Source: a virus
Taxonomy: Duplodnaviria; Caudoviricetes
Virus record (IMG/VR): IMGVR_UViG_3300034106_003066
Coordinates: 1 to 27,506 of that record
DNA: 27,506 bases
Reading direction: 5' to 3' (one strand)
In this document: positions 1 through 9,586 of the stretch, in pieces
Position numbering within the stretch: position 1 is the stretch's first letter
Layout: every line of letters starts with the position of its first letter
The notes under the pieces: model-generated
Databases searched by the model: none
What the model was told of the DNA's origin: nothing
The model's input: the letters and a program-made list of their open reading frames with translations, nothing else
Translations under genes and position numbers: made by a program

Positions 1-3000
1 CCAAGGCGACCAGACATGAGTTTGCCAAAGCGCGAGAGGTAAGCGCCCACCGGCATCTTGGCCGAAGCCGCGCCAAGCTGGGTGACTTGCAAAGCCAAGG
101 TCGAGATGCGCCCGAAAAGCGCGATGACGGCAAAGTTGCCGGTCATCCGGTTGATCCACTGGTTGATGGCCAAATGGTTCGCCGCGTCCTTGTTGCCGCC
201 CTGCTGGAAGTATTGCAGCCAGTTGTTCATCACCGTCGCGGCCTGCTCACCGGCCTTGCCCTTGACCACGTTGCGGGTGTCGCGGTGGCCCAAGAGCGCG
301 GAGACTTCGCCGTTGAACTCGGCGTAGGCTTTCCAGTGCGCCATCTGGAGCATGTGGCCGAAGTAGGTCTGCACCGCATCGCGGAAGACCGGCTGGGCGA
401 TGGCCCCGCCGCGGGAACGGAGGGCGCTGGGCGAGTTGGCCCCAGCGGCAAAGACGCCGCCGGTCACCGGATCGATGCCCGCCTGCGCGGGTGCGCGGAT
501 GCTCTCGACGACGAGCGGCGAGTAGAACTGGTTTTTCGGGAGATTGAGTCCGTAGACCTTGCGGTAGACTTTGTTGATGGCCTCGTATTCCGCGTCGTAT
601 TTGTCGAGGAGGTATTGCCGGATGGCCTTGGCCTCACCGCGCAGGAGCTTCTCGGCTTTGTTGACGAAGTCTTGGTTGTAGTGCCACTTGCCCGCGGGTT
701 GGCCGTCGCTGTCGAGGAATCCCTCCATGTGCTGGCGACCCTTCGGCTGCATCCACATCATGCTGATGGCGATGAGTTGGTTCTGGCTGTAGGAGACTCC
801 GTCGATCTCCTCGTCCATCCGCGAGAGTTCAAAAAGCAACTGCTGCCCCTGCATCTCGCCGCCGCCCAGTTCGGAAAGGAATGCGGCCCACTCGTCGGAA
901 AGCGCGGCAATGTCGTCGCTCTTGGCATTGTCGGCCTTGCGTTGCCGGTCGCTGATCTGGCGGGCGATCTTGCTGTCGTTGCCAAAAACGTAGCGCAGGA
1001 CTTGGTCAAAGTTGAGGAGGTTGAGCATGGCGCTCTCCCACTTCGATGGCAGGCTATTCTCGCGCTTTAGAGCGTCTTGGCGGGCCTTGTCGTCCTCTGC
1101 GGATACTCCGGCGTCTTTGGACAAATCGGTGCGGTCGTAGCCCCGCTTGGTGCGCTGGGCGATGATGCGCTGCTGCTCGCCCTTGTAGGCGCGGTTGAGG
1201 ACGTCCTTGCCCATCGTGACCGCGGCTGCGCGTTGGCTGCTGTCGGCGTTGGCCCAGTCGGCAAAGAGCGGCACCATCTGCGCGGCCATCATGGCGTGCG
1301 TTTCCTCGTAGGGGTTGAGTTCGCCGGATTCGATCCGCGCCCACTGGCCGTCGGCCCATGCCTGCGCCTCTTCGGCGCTCCACTCGGTGGCCTCCTTGAG
1401 TTTGTCGAACAGATCGTGGACGTCCGCGCCCAGCTTGCCCTTGGGCTTCTCCCCTGCCCCGCTGCGCTGCGGCTTGGCCCGCTTGAAGAGTTCGACCGCG
1501 GCGGTGTTGTATTCGTCGCGCAGGAACTTCTCCAGCGCCTCGTTGATCCGGTTGATGCGTTGGATAAAGACGTCGGCAATGGCGCGGTCGGCGCGGGTCG
1601 GGTCGAGGTTGCGCTCGGCGCGGTAACCGGCGGGCAGTTCGGTTTTCTTTTGCGCCTCGCCAATGTTCAAACCCTCGCGCATCCACGCGGAAATGATGGC
1701 ACCAGACATACCGCGGACTTCGCTGACCTTCTGGTCGCCCTTGAAGACGTCCATCGGATCGACCTTGGCCAGTTGCGTGTAGCCGCCGATCTTGCTGCGG
1801 ACTTCCGGCGGCAGCACCGAAATAATGCCGTCGAGTTCGCCCAAGGCTTGCAAGATTTGCGTGCGGCGCATCTGCGCGAGGTCGCCGTCCTGCATACCGG
1901 CGAGCATCTCGCGGTTGTCGGCCATGACGCGGAGGAACTTCTCCTGCGCCTTCTCGTAGATTTTGACGCGCTCCAGAGGGTCGCGGTCGAGCCGGTTCAA
2001 CGCCGCGCCGACGCGGTCGATTTCGGACTGGGTGGAGATGGAGTAGGATGCCGCCAGATCGACCATGCTAATCATGGGTGGGCCGGTGGTCGCGTCGCGT
2101 GTCTTGTCTCGGTAGTCGTAAGGGAAATAGTCGGGTGCTTCTTTTTCGGAAAACAGCTTGAAGCGAACTCTGGCCGCGGCGGGACTGACTTGGTCGCTGC
2201 GAATCTCGGTCAGCCCGCGGGACTGGGCGAACTTGGCAATTTCACGATACAACGCTTCCCCAAAACCTTTGTTGCGAAACTCCACATACACTTCGGTTTC
2301 ATTGACGTATAAAGTGTTTTCGTAATCCGGCGAAATTCTTACAGTGGCGCGGCCAGCTTGTTTGCCCTTGCCGTTTTCAATACTGACAAGGAAGGTGTCT
2401 TCGGAAAGTTTGCCCGTTAGCGCCTCCATCCTCGGTTGCACTTCGGCTTTATGTTTCGGGAGTCGTCCCTTGCGCTCGTCGAGAACGTCTTGCGTAATAA
2501 CTGGGTCGGGTTGCTCGGTGAGATACAGATCGGTTTTTCCGGTTTCGTTGGTGTAGTTGCGATACTCGTCCAAATCGCGCTGGATTTGCCGCACGCTTTT
2601 GTAGGCCGCGTAAGCGACTTCTTTGTCGGCATACCACTCGCCTACAGGCGCGGTTGCTTGCTGCTCGCGGACAATGGCCTGCTGCTCGCGGTAGTAGTCT
2701 TGCGCCCGCTTGAGATCGAAGAGGCCGTCTTCTCCGACATAATTGGCGCGGATGGCAACGCGGGCTTGGCGCTCTCGCTGCTTGCCGCTTAATTCTTCGA
2801 CGTTTTTCTCTGCTTCCGCTTCGGCCTGCTGGACAAGCGGATTGTCGCTGGATGCGATGGAGTAGTTGATATTCGGCGTCGTTGCATCAAAACGCTGCGA
2901 GAGCGGGATGACGTTGCCTTGGGAGTCGTAGGTGACTGGGTCGGCCAGTTTGACATGGTTGGCACTTGTAGCGACGTAGACTTCGTGACCGGCGCGGCCC

Positions 3001-6000
3001 CACGCTTCGCTTTCTACAATGCCGGTTTTGCCGGTGATTTCGTAAATGGCATCGTAAGTAATTTCGGGATCAGCGCCTCCGTTGACAAAACCGGCAATGG
3101 TATCGACGTCGGATTCGGATGATTCAGTAAGTATGCGAGCCGTCTCTTCAATCGCGCTGGTCAGACCATCAACGGAGATATCGGCGTAGTTCCACAGCGG
3201 GCTATTGTAATCGTCGCTCTGTTCACTGCGTTGGTGAACAATCCGCAAAATGCGCCGCCATGTTGCCTCGGAGATAGTTTGCTTTTTTCCGTCGATAGGT
3301 TTGCCGGAACGAAGATAAACGCGGAGCAAGCGGCCTCCATGCCTTTCGGCGTATCCAGCGGCAAGATCCCTGTCGTTGCTAAAATAAAATCCTTTGCCCT
3401 CCGTGTTGCCCTGTGCGCCGATGAATCTCCAATCGAATACGTCAAAGCCGTCAGCGCCTCCATGCCAGACCGGCCCAATGTCAAAGCCTGCTCTACGCGC
3501 CGCCTCATCCACCATTCGCTGCGCCGTCTCCATGTCGCCGCGCTCGACTGCTGCGAGGTAGTCGGCGTCTTGTTGGGGGGTGATGGCGATGGAGTAGTTT
3601 TGACGAGCGGCAACTGAAACCTCCGCGGGGTCAACGGCAATCGCGCCGTTTCCAAAATCGACGTAGAGCAAATTCTCCACAGAATCGTAATCGTCAACGT
3701 AGCCAATGGCCCCGCGCTTGACCGAAGCGTCCTCATCCGCAAGCGGACTGTCTTCGATGGCGCGTTTCGCTTTTACATATTGGCCGACAAGACTGATCGA
3801 ATAATTTTCAACCGCCCGCGCCGTCGCTGCCGCTTCGTAGCCGTAGATCGGGCGACCGGTCAAAATACGGCGCTCGACCATGTCGAATAGATCAGACGGC
3901 GTGGTGATCTGGTTGAATCCCATCGTCTGCAAGTCTTTGATCAGCGCGTCGAGGTCGGGCGCGTTTTTGCGGAACAAGTTGAAGACGCCTTTGACGCCAA
4001 TGGCATTGCCGCCCTTGGATGCTTCGCGGATACGTTGCAACTCACCGGAGTATTGGTAGACCTTGCTGCTGGTTTTGGCTGGCAAACCGCCCGCCTCGCG
4101 CACGGCGTCGAGAATATCAATGCCGCCCTCGCCCGCGGCCTCCGCGGCATCACGCTCCATCTCGGCTTGCAGTTCCTGCTCCAAGGCGAATCGCTCGTCG
4201 TCGGTTAATCCGTCGGCACCGCGTCCATCCGGCGCAACCTCCTGCGCGGTCTTTTCGCGGGAGCGGTCTACGATGGTTTGGTCGGCCAGTCCGACGGACT
4301 CGGCAAGGAATTGCTCGTAGTCCTGCCCCAGCGTCCCGTCGGCAAATCCCTTGCGGAGCGCCAAGCCGCGGGCCATGACCTCCTTGAGAACTTGGACGAG
4401 GCGCTTGAGGTAATCGACAAAGCTGGCCGGTAGCTGGGACTCGGCGTTCTGGTCGATACGCTGGCTGACGTAGGCTTCGGCCACAATGGCGAGCGATTCG
4501 ATGATGTCGTCAAAGTTGTCCTTGGCGTAGGTTTCTCCGGTGATGGCCTCGGTGGCGGTGAGCCAGTCGCGCAGTTGCTGCTCGTTGACGCTGCCTTGGG
4601 CGACGGCCCGCCGGACGAAAACGTGGTTGATCTCCTCCAAGGCGTCCTTCGGGCGCGAGGATTCGTTGAGCGCGATGACGCCGCGGAAGACGCCCTCGGC
4701 CACGGTTTCGATGCTGGCGGTGCCAAGGATCGTAAGCGTGCTGTAGTCTTGCCCCGCGGTGCGCGGGTCTTGGGCGATGCGGCGGTGCAGGGTTTCGATG
4801 CCTGCGGTGTCGCCCAGTCCTTGCAGGCGCTCCAGTTCCTGCTGGGCGGTGCGGGAGCCTTCCAACCGGACGACGTTGTTGGGGTCTTGTTGCGTCCACC
4901 AGTCGATCAGTTCCTTCGTGGCGATGCGGTCGGCGCTGAATTGCGCCGCGGTCGATTTCATCACCGCCATGCGGTAGGCATCCTCTGCGGCCTCTTGGCT
5001 GGTGGTGCGGTAACGCTCGACGCCCTTCTCGTCGCGCACGATGTAGGTCATGCGACCGGCGGTGTCCTTTTGCGTCTCCATCGTGGGCATGGCGGCGTCT
5101 TCTTGGTTGGTCGCTGCGGCGCGAGACTGCTCGGCTATGCGATCCTTGGCTGCTTGCACGCGCTCCGGTGGCATCTGCTTGAGCGTCTCGACGTAGCGGT
5201 TGCGGCGCTCTTCCGGCGTGGTGCCGTCTTCGATGTATCGGCGCTCCTGCTCGTTGATGCCGGTCGGATCGTACATCATCTTCTGGCGGCGCTCGGCGCT
5301 GGCAAAGCGTTCGCCGTCGGCAAACGTCTCGACCATGTGACCGCCGATGACCGGCATGAGGGTCGCGGCCAAGACCTCCAAACGACTGTCTTTCCACTGG
5401 GTCAGCGTCTCTTCCCAGTTGACGTCGGGGAACTCGTCGCTCAAAGCGGCGGCGACGTCTTTGACCAGAGGTGTGGTCAGATCCTGTGTTCCCTCGGTGA
5501 TGCTCTCGCCCACCACCTTGCCGAAAAAGCTGACCGCGCCTTGCGTGGTGCGGGCAAACCGCGCCGGATTGACCAGCTTCTGGATCGTCTCCCGATACCA
5601 CTTGTAGCGACCGAAAACGAGCTTGGCACCGAAGACCTCCGCGGCGGTCTGGAGCGGGGCGCTAACCGCGGCCAAGGTGCGTGATTGCGAGGGCGTGAAG
5701 CCCTCCAGACGGAGTTGGTTGTATTCGTCGGCGTAGATGGCCGCGCCGGTCAAAACGGGGCCAACAACGGGGATTGCGGCGACTCCGGTGAAGGCCAGCG
5801 ATTGTGGCCCCAAGAGGGCAATATCCTGCGCGAACTTGAGCGGGCCGGTGGCGTTGCTCTTGATCGGGTCAAAGCGGTTGTCGGCCAAGTCGCGCAGTTC
5901 GCGGACGACGTTGAAGCGTTGCAGTTCGCGCTCGGCCTGCTGGAGCAGGGTTGCGCGGTCGTCGGTGCTGACCTCCTCAAAGTCCTGCGGGCTGAAAGCG

Positions 6001-7067
6001 GTGCCGGTGGCGCGGGTCAGTTGGCCGGTGTTTTTGTTGCGGAAAAGCGGGCCTTCGCCTTGCAGGAGAGCAACCTTGGCCTCGGCGTCGGTTTCCTGCG
6101 CGACCAGAGCGGTGGTGCGGACCATGTTGAGCGAGCGCGGCCACGCCTCCGCGGCCATTTCCCAGAAGCCCTTGTCGTCCATTCCTTGGCGCTTTGCGGC
6201 CATGAAGATGGCGGCGTAGCCACGGTCGCGCACTTCCTTGGGCAGTTCGCCCAGCCCGTCAATGATAGCGTTGAGGTCTTCGACCGTCTTGACGTCATCC
6301 TCCGGCGCTCCCTCGACCTTGCGTCCGGTGACGTTGATGATATTGGCGTAGAGCCGCTGCAAGACGTCGCCGTGGTCGCGCAGCATCTGCTCGTTTTCGA
6401 CGTAGTATTGTTCCGCGGCCTTGAGCGTGTTGGCCTCCCAGTTGTCCGGCAAAGCGTCGAGGATCTCGGCGTTCTCCTCTTTCCACTTGGTCATCAAGGT
6501 CGGGATGTCTACCGGCGTGCCTTTGTTGACTTGGTCGAAAAGAGAAAGGGCAACGTCTCCGGCGATGAGATCGTAGGCTTGCTCGGCCTGCTTGCGGGAC
6601 TGGATCGACCCCCCGATCATCTTGTAGGCTTCGCTCTCGCTGGTCGGCTTTTTGCCGAAGGCTTGGCTGAACCATTGGTCGCGGTAGCTTTCGTAATAGT
6701 CAGCCTGCTCGCTGGCCGTCTGGCCAAATTGGTCGGCAATGAACTTGCGGTTGGCCGCTCCGAATTTGACGTCCTGCTCGACTTGGTCGCCGCCCCGCTC
6801 GTCCCACCATGCGTCGAGGTCGGTGTAGATGAGGTCGTGTTCTTTTTCGGTCGTTATCTGACCCTCGCCAATCTTGCGGCTGGCCCAGTTCTCCAGTTGG
6901 GTGGCAAGGATGTCGCGCTCCATGCCTTCGGTCGTGTCGATCCGGTTGTAGAAGTCGGTCGCCGTGGCGTCGTCGATAGCCATGTCAAAGCCCTGCATAG
7001 CCGCGCTTCGACCGCGGGGTGGAACTCCGCGGCTGCGCTGTTGTGCTTCGTCGAGGATGGTGGCCAT
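1..7067 (-). CDS. Giant internal virion / large polyvalent protein (>=2355 aa, runs off the window) with zincin-like EExxH, SH3-like, ART-PolyVal-like ADP-ribosyltransferase and GNAT modules
   Basis: ATG at 7067 overlaps the upstream stop (TAATG). Manual translation (MATILDEAQQRSRG...) stays open to base 1; absent from the ORF track because it has no stop. Motifs: ALEEINHVF (4624-4638), GPVWHGG..FDVFD..GKGFYFS (about 3380-3475), FRNKGFGEALY (about 2247-2279). Follows the other internal virion genes, in the T7 gp16 position. Confidence 0.88.
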   Translation of the reverse strand, partial: MATILDEAQQRSRGVPPRGRSAAMQGFDMAIDDATATDFYNRIDTTEGMERDILATQLENWASRKIGEGQITTEKEHDLIYTDLDAWWDERGGDQVEQDVKFGAANRKFIADQFGQTASEQADYYESYRDQWFSQAFGKKPTSESEAYKMIGGSIQSRKQAEQAYDLIAGDVALSLFDQVNKGTPVDIPTLMTKWKEENAEILDALPDNWEANTLKAAEQYYVENEQMLRDHGDVLQRLYANIINVTGRKVEGAPEDDVKTVEDLNAIIDGLGELPKEVRDRGYAAIFMAAKRQGMDDKGFWEMAAEAWPRSLNMVRTTALVAQETDAEAKVALLQGEGPLFRNKNTGQLTRATGTAFSPQDFEEVSTDDRATLLQQAERELQRFNVVRELRDLADNRFDPIKSNATGPLKFAQDIALLGPQSLAFTGVAAIPVVGPVLTGAAIYADEYNQLRLEGFTPSQSRTLAAVSAPLQTAAEVFGAKLVFGRYKWYRETIQKLVNPARFARTTQGAVSFFGKVVGESITEGTQDLTTPLVKDVAAALSDEFPDVNWEETLTQWKDSRLEVLAATLMPVIGGHMVETFADGERFASAERRQKMMYDPTGINEQERRYIEDGTTPEERRNRYVETLKQMPPERVQAAKDRIAEQSRAAATNQEDAAMPTMETQKDTAGRMTYIVRDEKGVERYRTTSQEAAEDAYRMAVMKSTAAQFSADRIATKELIDWWTQQDPNNVVRLEGSRTAQQELERLQGLGDTAGIETLHRRIAQDPRTAGQDYSTLTILGTASIETVAEGVFRGVIALNESSRPKDALEEINHVFVRRAVAQGSVNEQQLRDWLTATEAITGETYAKDNFDDIIESLAIVAEAYVSQRIDQNAESQLPASFVDYLKRLVQVLKEVMARGLALRKGFADGTLGQDYEQFLAESVGLADQTIVDRSREKTAQEVAPDGRGADGLTDDERFALEQELQAEMERDAAEAAGEGGIDILDAVREAGGLPAKTSSKVYQYSGELQRIREASKGGNAIGVKGVFNLFRKNAPDLDALIKDLQTMGFNQITTPSDLFDMVERRILTGRPIYGYEAAATARAVENYSISLVGQYVKAKRAIEDSPLADEDASVKRGAIGYVDDYDSVENLLYVDFGNGAIAVDPAEVSVAARQNYSIAITPQQDADYLAAVERGDMETAQRMVDEAARRAGFDIGPVWHGGADGFDVFDWRFIGAQGNTEGKGFYFSNDRDLAAGYAERHGGRLLRVYLRSGKPIDGKKQTISEATWRRILRIVHQRSEQSDDYNSPLWNYADISVDGLTSAIEETARILTESSESDVDTIAGFVNGGADPEITYDAIYEITGKTGIVESEAWGRAGHEVYVATSANHVKLADPVTYDSQGNVIPLSQRFDATTPNINYSIASSDNPLVQQAEAEAEKNVEELSGKQRERQARVAIRANYVGEDGLFDLKRAQDYYREQQAIVREQQATAPVGEWYADKEVAYAAYKSVRQIQRDLDEYRNYTNETGKTDLYLTEQPDPVITQDVLDERKGRLPKHKAEVQPRMEALTGKLSEDTFLVSIENGKGKQAGRATVRISPDYENTLYVNETEVYVEFRNKGFGEALYREIAKFAQSRGLTEIRSDQVSPAAARVRFKLFSEKEAPDYFPYDYRDKTRDATTGPPMISMVDLAASYSISTQSEIDRVGAALNRLDRDPLERVKIYEKAQEKFLRVMADNREMLAGMQDGDLAQMRRTQILQALGELDGIISVLPPEVRSKIGGYTQLAKVDPMDVFKGDQKVSEVRGMSGAIISAWMREGLNIGEAQKKTELPAGYRAERNLDPTRADRAIADVFIQRINRINEALEKFLRDEYNTAAVELFKRAKPQRSGAGEKPKGKLGADVHDLFDKLKEATEWSAEEAQAWADGQWARIESGELNPYEETHAMMAAQMVPLFADWANADSSQRAAAVTMGKDVLNRAYKGEQQRIIAQRTKRGYDRTDLSKDAGVSAEDDKARQDALKRENSLPSKWESAMLNLLNFDQVLRYVFGNDSKIARQISDRQRKADNAKSDDIAALSDEWAAFLSELGGGEMQGQQLLFELSRMDEEIDGVSYSQNQLIAISMMWMQPKGRQHMEGFLDSDGQPAGKWHYNQDFVNKAEKLLRGEAKAIRQYLLDKYDAEYEAINKVYRKVYGLNLPKNQFYSPLVVESIRAPAQAGIDPVTGGVFAAGANSPSALRSRGGAIAQPVFRDAVQTYFGHMLQMAHWKAYAEFNGEVSALLGHRDTRNVVKGKAGEQAATVMNNWLQYFQQGGNKDAANHLAINQWINRMTGNFAVIALFGRISTLALQVTQLGAASAKMPVGAYLSRFGKLMSGRL

Positions 7068-8917
7068 TACGCCGGTTCAAATTTGCCGTGGAGGATTTCG
7101 TAGACCGCACCGTCCGGCGTGCGGAAGCGGGCCTTGTCGCCGTGCTTGGTGGAGCTTGACCCCAGCCAGACGGCACCATTGGTCAGCGTGAGAACGCCCC
7201 TGCCGCCAAAAGCAAAATCCCAACCGCGGTGCGCTCCGTAGCTGCGGGACGCGCCAAAACGCCCGCCATCCACCGTCTTGCCGCTGGAAAGCGGCTCGCC
7301 GTTGACCAGCACATAAGAGTCGAGCGTGTTGCGATCCCAGAAACCGCGGTCGGAGCGTTTAATGTCAAAATGAGCGCCGGTCGAGGTGGGGCCAATGTTG
7401 CCTTCGATGTAGCGCCCGTCGGCGCTGGCCTGCGGCTGGCTGCGGATGTCCCGCGCCTTGCGCTGCACTTCCCGCGGGTCGGGCGTTGTCATCTTTGGCG
7501 GGCGCAAAGTTTCGCGACCCATTGCTTTGTCGATCTCGTAATTCTTTTGCCGGATGCGATTAATTTCCTTGTAGGAATCTTCGTCGGTCGCGTCGGGGTT
7601 GCGCTTGGCCCAGCGGTTGAACTCACTTATCTCGCGGCTGTATTGCTGCATGGCCGCATCGCGCTTGGCTTTCTCGGCTTCGTTGGTCGGCAGCTTGGTG
7701 TCCTTGTCCTCCTTCCATTTTCCGTAAGCACCGCCTGCAAAATCTTTTTGGGCTTGCGATTGGATAAGGGCGATGGCGGTGGCCTCGACCGGCTTGTTGT
7801 TGCGGATCTTTTCGTTGAGTTGGTCGAGGTAGTCGCGCTGGTAGCCCTCTGGCAACTCCTTAATTTCCTTTCGCACGGCGATGGCTTGATCACCGTATAC
7901 GTCCTCCTGCGGGTCGTAGGACTGGATCATGTTGTGGATGGCCGGTGCCATTTTGAGGCGGCGGGCCTGTTGCTCCGGCGTTGCCTCAAGCACACCGTAA
8001 AGAGTGCTTAAATCCTCCGCTCCCAAAATACCTTTGAGTTCATCGATCTGTTCGCGGCTGCTAATTGTCCCGTCGTGAATTTGGGTAACGGCATCGCGAA
8101 CGTAGGACGCTTCTTGCGTCTTGAGCGATCCGTAAGCCATGTTGAGCGCCTTGGCCCGCTCGCTCGGCGTCTTGAGGTTGCCAAACAATTTGCTGTCGGT
8201 GCCGTTGAAAACAGACTGCTCCAAGTCGCGCACGCTTTCGCGGGGGTTGGTCTGGATAAGCGCGGAGGTCGTTTCCCATTTTTGTTCGCGCTCGATCTTG
8301 ATCATACCCGCCTCGGCGTCCTCTGGCGTCCAAAAGCCCGCGGTAGCCCCGCGCTTGTATCCGGCCATCGCGTCCTCGTAGCGGCCTTCACCCATAGCGC
8401 GGTCAATGTAGTTGGTGATCTCTTGCTTGCCGCGCTGGACGATAGCCTTGTTGGCGCTGGTAAACACTTGCGCCTTGATCCCGTTCTCGGTGTTGGCCAG
8501 CCAAGTGTCGCGCCGGTTGAGTCCGTCGCGGGTGGTCATCTTGAGGGACGACACTTGGTCGCGCAGCTTGGGCGCGTAGTTGTTTTCCCAAATCGCGTTC
8601 CACTCGCTCTCCGGCTTGGTGGCAACCTCGACGTCGAACTTGGAAACCATGTCCGTTTTGATCCGGTCGGCGGCGGCAAGGTTGGCCTCGTCGCTGGCGC
8701 GGGCCATTGACAGCGAAAAGTCGCCCAGCACATTGGCCGCTTGCTGACCGGCGTTGCCAAGGTTCTCGTAGGCGCGACCCACGGCCATGTAGCTGGCGTC
8801 GTCGATCATGCCCATCAGTTCGACGTCGGGCGTGCGGATGGCACCTACCGGCAGCGGCACGGCGGTCGATCCGGTCGCGGGAGCGTTGGGGATTTGGACG
8901 AGCGGGATGTTGGCCAT
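7067..8917 (-). CDS. Internal virion (ejection) protein with C-terminal M23-like peptidase domain
   Basis: 616 aa, helical/charged; N-terminus MANIP typical of podophage core proteins; C-terminal STGAHFD and HRGWD motifs; synteny. Confidence 0.75.
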   Translation of the reverse strand: MANIPLVQIPNAPATGSTAVPLPVGAIRTPDVELMGMIDDASYMAVGRAYENLGNAGQQAANVLGDFSLSMARASDEANLAAADRIKTDMVSKFDVEVATKPESEWNAIWENNYAPKLRDQVSSLKMTTRDGLNRRDTWLANTENGIKAQVFTSANKAIVQRGKQEITNYIDRAMGEGRYEDAMAGYKRGATAGFWTPEDAEAGMIKIEREQKWETTSALIQTNPRESVRDLEQSVFNGTDSKLFGNLKTPSERAKALNMAYGSLKTQEASYVRDAVTQIHDGTISSREQIDELKGILGAEDLSTLYGVLEATPEQQARRLKMAPAIHNMIQSYDPQEDVYGDQAIAVRKEIKELPEGYQRDYLDQLNEKIRNNKPVEATAIALIQSQAQKDFAGGAYGKWKEDKDTKLPTNEAEKAKRDAAMQQYSREISEFNRWAKRNPDATDEDSYKEINRIRQKNYEIDKAMGRETLRPPKMTTPDPREVQRKARDIRSQPQASADGRYIEGNIGPTSTGAHFDIKRSDRGFWDRNTLDSYVLVNGEPLSSGKTVDGGRFGASRSYGAHRGWDFAFGGRGVLTLTNGAVWLGSSSTKHGDKARFRTPDGAVYEILHGKFEPA

Positions 8918-8919
8918 GA

Positions 8920-9585
8920 TCAGCGTCCCTTCCAGTTGTATTGCGACCCGATGCTGCCCGCCTGCGTGACGCCGGAAATGAGCGATCCATACGAATTGAC
9001 ACGCAGGGCGTTGGCCGTGTTCTGGCCTTCCAAAAGGATTGGGCGGGCGCGGAAGGCGGCAGTGGCCGCGTTGTAGTCGGCGGCGGCTTTATCGACCAAA
9101 GAGTATCCGGCCTGCCACTTTTCGACCTCGGCTTTGCGGTAGAAGGCGCTGCGCTCAAGGTTGGCCTTATACATCTCGTCGGACACGGCCAGTTCCATGA
9201 GGCCCGCGCTTTCGGCCATAACGGCCAAGGGCGAGCCTTCGCTGGTCACGCCCGCCTTGCCGAAGCGGGCGCGTTGTGCGCCCAAGAGTTTCTCGTTTTC
9301 GGCCCGCATGCGGCGGGCGCGTTCGCGGGCCTCTTGCTCCACGCGCAGACCCTCGTTCTCCATCATCTTGGCGTTCTGCATGCCCGCGGCGTATTGCTGC
9401 TCGGCAGCAATCTTCTGCATCTGCGACTGCATCTGCATTTGTTGCAGTTGCACTTGGTAGTTGTAGTTGGCCAGACGCTGCGCGGACGCGGCCTGCTGCT
9501 GCTGTCCGTAGTAAGACATCCCTGCGCTGGCAAGGCTTCCAGCGATGGCCACACCGGCCAAGACAGTTGCGGTTGCGCCAGCCAT
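8920..9585 (-). CDS. Internal virion protein (T7 gp14-like position)
   Basis: 221 aa; Ala/Gly hydrophobic N-terminus, Q/A-rich coiled coil, GAQRARFGKAGV..EGSPL motif typical of this family. Confidence 0.75.
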   Translation of the reverse strand: MAGATATVLAGVAIAGSLASAGMSYYGQQQQAASAQRLANYNYQVQLQQMQMQSQMQKIAAEQQYAAGMQNAKMMENEGLRVEQEARERARRMRAENEKLLGAQRARFGKAGVTSEGSPLAVMAESAGLMELAVSDEMYKANLERSAFYRKAEVEKWQAGYSLVDKAAADYNAATAAFRARPILLEGQNTANALRVNSYGSLISGVTQAGSIGSQYNWKGR

Positions 9586-9586
9586 A

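Noticed and set aside
1054-6675. Minus-strand Arg-rich ORFs in the track (1054-1686, 3161-3742, 4510-5601 and others)
   Set aside because: Alternative frames of the giant ORF; the frame starting at 7067 carries all the domain motifs
87-8710. Long plus-strand ORFs (87-1070, 1077-2312, 4575-5684, 5685-7103 and others)
   Set aside because: Antisense shadows of the minus-strand genes caused by GC-rich codon bias; V/L/G/D/H-rich with no recognisable motifs
9390-9505. CAG-rich stretch
   Set aside because: Simply encodes the Gln-rich coiled coil of the internal virion protein
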